Assembly: GCA_000708835.1 (NCBI GenBank)
Contig: DF236980.1
Coordinates: forward strand, 1 to 64,000
DNA length: 64,000 nucleotides
Reading direction: 5' to 3'
Origin: Klebsormidium nitens
Taxonomy: Eukaryota > Plantae > Klebsormidiophyceae
The notes under the pieces were generated by a model, which was given only the letters and a program-made list of their open reading frames with translations, did no database searches and had not been told where the DNA came from. Position numbers and translations under genes: made by a program. Every line of letters begins with the position of its first letter. Within the stretch, counting starts at the first letter, position 1. Of this stretch, positions 59,241 to 64,000 are shown piece after piece.

Positions 59241-61497
59241 CTACTTCGCTGCTTGACGCTTTTTAGCTATAGAGATGCTTTCTCGTTTAAGGACAGCCAA
59301 CAGTGTCTGTGAGCTTTCAAGAATCTGCAAAGCAAGGATGACATCTGCGGTGAATCCCGCCTGGTAGCAAGCATCACCCAGTGCACCGGCAAAAGGCTTG
59401 TGAAACATCAGTCTCGACTGTTCTTGATACTCTAGCAAAGCTTGAGGACGCTTCTTATCAAGTGACTTTGTCTGCCTACGCAAAAGAGTGGGCCACAAGA
59501 AAAAGAGAAGGCTCTCCAAGAAAAGAGACCCTTATGTCCAATAAACGGTAATAGCTCCGGACAAAGCCCCTTTAACAAAACGAGATGCATGATCAGTTAT
59601 TGGACCAAGGGGCTGGCTTTCAGAAGAGGGACCTCTGAATGTCCGTCAACATTGATGGGCGGGCACCGTAGCTCTGGTTTCGCATTTTCCCAAGTCGGAG
59701 ATGAAACCTCTGCGTTGTGCAATGTGTCGTGTCAGACAGGAACAACCAATGAGAGGACTTACCTTTTGATAAGCTGCTTCCGTTTCCTGGATCGTCTTTT
59801 CGTACTCGTTTCGAGACGCTACCTTTCGGCCCAGGCTCTCATTCACCTGGGCTAGCCTCTTGGTGAGGACGGCAAGATCGCCCTGGATCTTGGCCTTCTG
59901 CAGAAAACAACAAGACATGCACTGGCCTCAGGCATCAAGTTTTTATGAGATATTTGACAACGACTAGCTCTGATGTGGAAGATGATTGTGAGCGCTCGCC
60001 TTATTGACGAGAAATGGAAACATTTGGATAGTGGAAAACGGTAGTATCCTTCTGTGAAACAAAACGAAGGACTTGTCCACCTGCATTCCAGTCCGAGATG
60101 GGCCAAAACTGGCCAGATCGCATCAAGGCCATGGCTTGCTTTGCCGTAGAAACGGCATGACAAATAAGGGCCTCAGCCTTTGAGCTCCCTCACAATCAGA
60201 CCTAAAAGAGGCTATGTATTGCAGAACGAATCAACTCGAACCTTGACCTTCTCAAATACCAAAGCTCAGTGGCCTCAACCAATAAGCTCCTTGGAGATAA
60301 ATTGTCAGGGAGTCCAGTCTCTACGGCAACATGAAAGGCGGGTTTCATGAATGTTTAGCCTCGAAGAGGCCCACCCTACATCACCTTTCCGAACAGACCG
60401 GTTGCATACGCAACTTCCACTTTGAAGTTGCAAGTAAGATGTGAACAAAGCGATGATGCTCGCATCAAAATGCTCGAGTTACTGATCTGCGTTGATTGCC
60501 TTGACAATGAGGACCGCTTATTGGGACTTAATTCATTACGCTTGAAAACCGGAGCGGCTGACAATGAAGTCAAAAATCAAGACGAGTTCTCTCAAGTCAA
60601 GAATCGAAATGACTTCTTACAAGTGATAAGGCAGAAGCATACATTTGGTAAGTCTTGGCCCACAAATGAGTAGCATGGAAGCAGAGGCAGGAAGTCAATT
60701 CGCAAAATTACCTCCTCCTCTTCTGTAGCTATTAGCCGGTCCACTTCAGCCTTCTTTTCTCGGAGGTCTTCTATGCCTGTGCAGTATCGGGACATCGTTG
60801 TTGGAATGTCATCCAGCTGGAACACTCAATTCAGACTCCAAATAAAGACGCTCCTTCAAGGAAAGGCTCGGAGCTTCTGACTGGCTTTCTCCTGAACAAT
60901 ATTGCTCTTAGCCAGCATTGGCAAGGTTGTCAAACGGCATCTTCAGTAGGATTGGGGTTGAGACAGAATCTTGGCCTTGGGGGCATATCAGCTGGAAATA
61001 GAGCCCCTGGGGAACACCTTTTTCCAAATCACAGTAGCATCAGCATAGAGAAGCTTGCCACTTCCATTATCCAATCTAGACGGACAATTTTGTCCATCAC
61101 TATCGCCTGCTGAAATTACAATGCATCGCACAGAGGCTGTGATTGCTAGTCAACAAAGGCGTTGGGGGGAAGCTTCGAACTCTGACAACTGCCTGATCCT
61201 CTGAGCACGAAGCTGCTCCAGCGCAGAAATGAAAAGCTACAAACTTAGCTGCACAACATTAGTTGCTGCAATTGCCTGTGACCTGGTAACTGACTAATGC
61301 AGAAGAGAAGCAACCCAGAAAGAGAATGAACTTTATGTGCCTTCCGCTATCCTCTTGTGATTAATTACCTGTTCTCTCCAGTCAATCAGCTAAAGATTGC
61401 GATGACAAGTCGGACATGGTCTGCTGAGGCATGCGCTCAACTTACATTTCACAAGTTCATTATTGTGATTCTGCAAGGCCGCGCCTTGGGCCGCCAT
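59241..61497 (-). CDS. SSNA1: Sjogren syndrome nuclear autoantigen 1 / DIP13 homolog, 4 exons, 111 aa
   Basis: Exons 61497-61446, 60776-60712, 59897-59763, 59324-59241 (336 nt): MAAQGAALQNHNNELVKCIEDLREKK...[47 protein letters not shown], a near-diagnostic match to SSNA1/DIP13. Confidence 0.95.
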
Positions 61498-62510
61498 CGA
61501 CTCTCTTTGCTGGGGCCAACCAGGGAGCCTCTTATAGGGGGCTTACTTGACAATCAGTGGGTTAACCTTGCGGGTGCACTCTCATACAGAATTTGCCTGT
61601 TGCAACATACAGAAGAAGTCAAAGCAGATTGGATCCAGATTCTGCTGGCATAATCTGTTTCTTCGACTGCACGACACGGCCGCTGACGAACAACTTTATA
61701 ATCATACGGTGCGGCTGGCCTCGAAATGCCAATAACGTCTCTAACGCTGGAAGAAAGCACTTGCCTACATGAGAAGATAATCGTAAAGGGGCCAGTGCGC
61801 CTTTCAACTTCAAGTTTCTCAGCAGGCTAAATGAGTTGCCTATGCAAAGTTCAAACATGGCTGGGCGGCATCCTGCTGAGGCTGCTTCGAGCGTGCCTGG
61901 GCGCCCAATTTTAGGGTTTCGTATGCGGACGATGGGACAATGGGACGTCCTGTCCACAATCGGCCGCCAATCGTGCCGTCCGAGCTCCGAGACGGTACTT
62001 TTGAAGGCTACTATTTAACTTGGTAGCCACCGTCCGCAATTGTAAACCCTCTGAACCTCGTCCGGACAAGATGTCGTGCGCCGCGCGGCCGCGCCAGCGC
62101 TTCAGCCTCCGACTGCCAGGCCAACTCAGCTGCAATGCGTGAAGGACTGTGCCAGGCTCCTAATCACTCCTAATACGCGAAGTTGATAAGTATCACCTGA
62201 GTTCTGTTGCGCTGGCGTGTGCTCTACTACCTAAATGAGAAAACTAGAATAGAGAGCGACATTCCCGCAACATAGAAAAACAGCTTGTTTATCTTCGCGG
62301 CTTGTAAAGGATTTTGACTTGGCGTCTCAGTGCGGGCCACTTGCCTAGCCAGTGGTCTGTGCTCTACTAGTAGAGTTTCTCTGCAACCAAAGTCTAAAAG
62401 GATCCTACCATTGGAAATTCTCGTACCCGTCATATAGGCACGCTCCTTGTGGTAGATCTTTAGAATCTTCACGGCGACGGTTGATTTCATTGCAGTCCTC
62501 CGAATCATAG

Positions 62511-64000
62511 TACGGCAGACTCCATAAGAATAGAGAATCCTGCGGTCAGACGTTTGATACTTTGCCTCTGAATGTGATTCCGGAAGGGAAGACTGGACAT
62601 GGGCCGGGGAACTTTTGGCTGAAGTCGTCTTGGCTAAACTCGGGCAACGATACAGATTCGGAAGAAGAGGGAGACAATCTCCACGATGTAAGGAGACCTG
62701 CCGCTGGAAACGGATCCACTGCCAGCGGTTTGTTCACCGAATCGAAGTGCTATGACTTTGCCTTCGCATACGGGTAAGCCTTGCAGATAAGGTTCCAATG
62801 AGATGTTCCAACTTCTGCATCATTCGCATATTGTTTCAAAGATGCGAAGCAGGCAATTGATCTTTGGACACAAGCACGAGGCTTCTCATGGCAACCTGTA
62901 ACCCTGCTTGATAGAGTCTACAGATTCTTGCTTTGGCTCCTTAGGGAGATTCAAAGCAGACATAGGATTGCAGTACGTTGTCACAACTGATCCATTTCAT
63001 CGCATGATGAATCTCCGCATTAAATTGGAGCTTACTGCGAGAACAACCTCCGCTTTATCACCTTAATTTTCATTCTTTACTTACAATTGCAGCGATCTCT
63101 TCTTCAGCGACAGGGTCCTCTGGTTGCGGAAAGTGGAGACAAGCACTGAAGGTGAGCACCATGCGGATCTATGTGGCAGACACCTTCACTGTAGAGTATA
63201 CACTAGTCGAAAGAAGAAGGTACTAGCAAAGAGATGGTAGACATGAAACCTTGTTGACAGGAGCTCTTTGAGTCCTCTGCTCTCTTCACCTAGTGTCAAC
63301 AGGAGTATAGCGATCTTTATTTTGTTTCCCATATCCTTGAAGAAGTCTACAAAATGCAAAAAGATACTGAAGTTCGTTAATGAACAACGGTTTGTTCTCC
63401 TGCAGCAGAACAGACACTTATTGAAGAGGACGTGCCTATCAACAGTGCCATCTTGGCGTCCAAAAGCGGTGTATTCAGGACCATGCTCTCCAGCGGTATG
63501 GCAGAGTCTAGAAAGGATTGTGCCATCATCATCAGGATGAGCTGCAATGACGGTAAGACCCTGCACATCTTCTGCGATGTTCAAAGAAGACTGTGAGCTC
63601 TGGAACAATACGAGCCGTCTCAACGAACCGCCCTACGGTTATTGCATATGTTCGACTTCTCTCTTGAGTATCTCCTTTAGTTCCTTTTATTTTGATTGAA
63701 CTGCTCGCTCAGAAGGTCTTTGTTGCTTTGCAGAGAAGCAGTCCTTCCTGGAGATGATACGATTCATCTACATTGGCTATCTGTCGACCTCCAGCCTGGC
63801 TGGTGCAGAACGCGCTAACGAGCTATTGCGGCTGCTATCAGTTGCTGACAAGTATGGGGTCCCGAGCTTGGTCAGAGCCGCCAGTACCGCTTGGGGAAGG
63901 GTGCTCGGTGATGTCGATCTGCTGCAGTACGCTGCATTCCGCCTACCCCAGGAGTACCAGTTGCAGTACCCTCAGATTCGGAAGCTCCAGGGAGAAGCTC
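62511..64000 (+). CDS. BTB/POZ domain protein (POB1-like), 5' end unresolved, 3' partial
   Basis: Exons ?-62773, 63093-63151, 63406-63552 and 63734 to the window end, phase-consistent: YDFAFAYG|DLFFSDRVLWL...PINSAILASKSGVFRTMLSSGMAES...|EKQSFLEMIRFIY...LLRLLSVADKYGVPSL. The first visible exon frame is open from 62511 but has no ATG. Confidence 0.85.

Noticed and set aside
1-64000. tRNA, rRNA, snoRNA, LTR or LINE elements
   Set aside because: No cloverleaf, rRNA signature, reverse transcriptase or integrase motifs were recognised by eye; a covariance-model scan would be needed to exclude small RNAs.

Overview
Intron-rich eukaryotic nuclear DNA with GC-rich exons and GT-AG introns of about 0.2-1.3 kb. 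The gene content (plant-type AdoMetDC leader uORF, GIL1/IRKI-like proteins, an arabinogalactan-type protein, the basal-body protein SSNA1) suggests a flagellate-producing streptophyte alga such as Klebsormidium; this is inference. The ORF track uses TTG/GTG starts and ignores splicing, so I rebuilt gene models by hand from splice sites and checked codon phase. Left to right: two tail-to-tail intronless GIL1/IRKI-like coiled-coil paralogs; a 206-bp TA-flanked MITE; an HSPA12-type Hsp70; organellar TsaD/GCP1 head-to-head with TOP3B; an F-box-like pseudogene; a six-exon gene fusing S-adenosylmethionine decarboxylase in frame to ornithine decarboxylase (869 aa) beneath a spliced 47-codon plant-type uORF; a GPI-anchored chimeric AGP; DDA1-SAP head-to-head with a RAB3GAP1 carrying an embedded BSD domain; SSNA1; and a partial BTB/POZ gene. 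The most notable items are the uORF-controlled AdoMetDC-ODC fusion, the BSD-RAB3GAP1 architecture, and recurrent decaying tandem copies of splice junctions (about 120-190 bp period) in TOP3B and RAB3GAP1 introns. I saw no tRNA, rRNA or CRISPR array.
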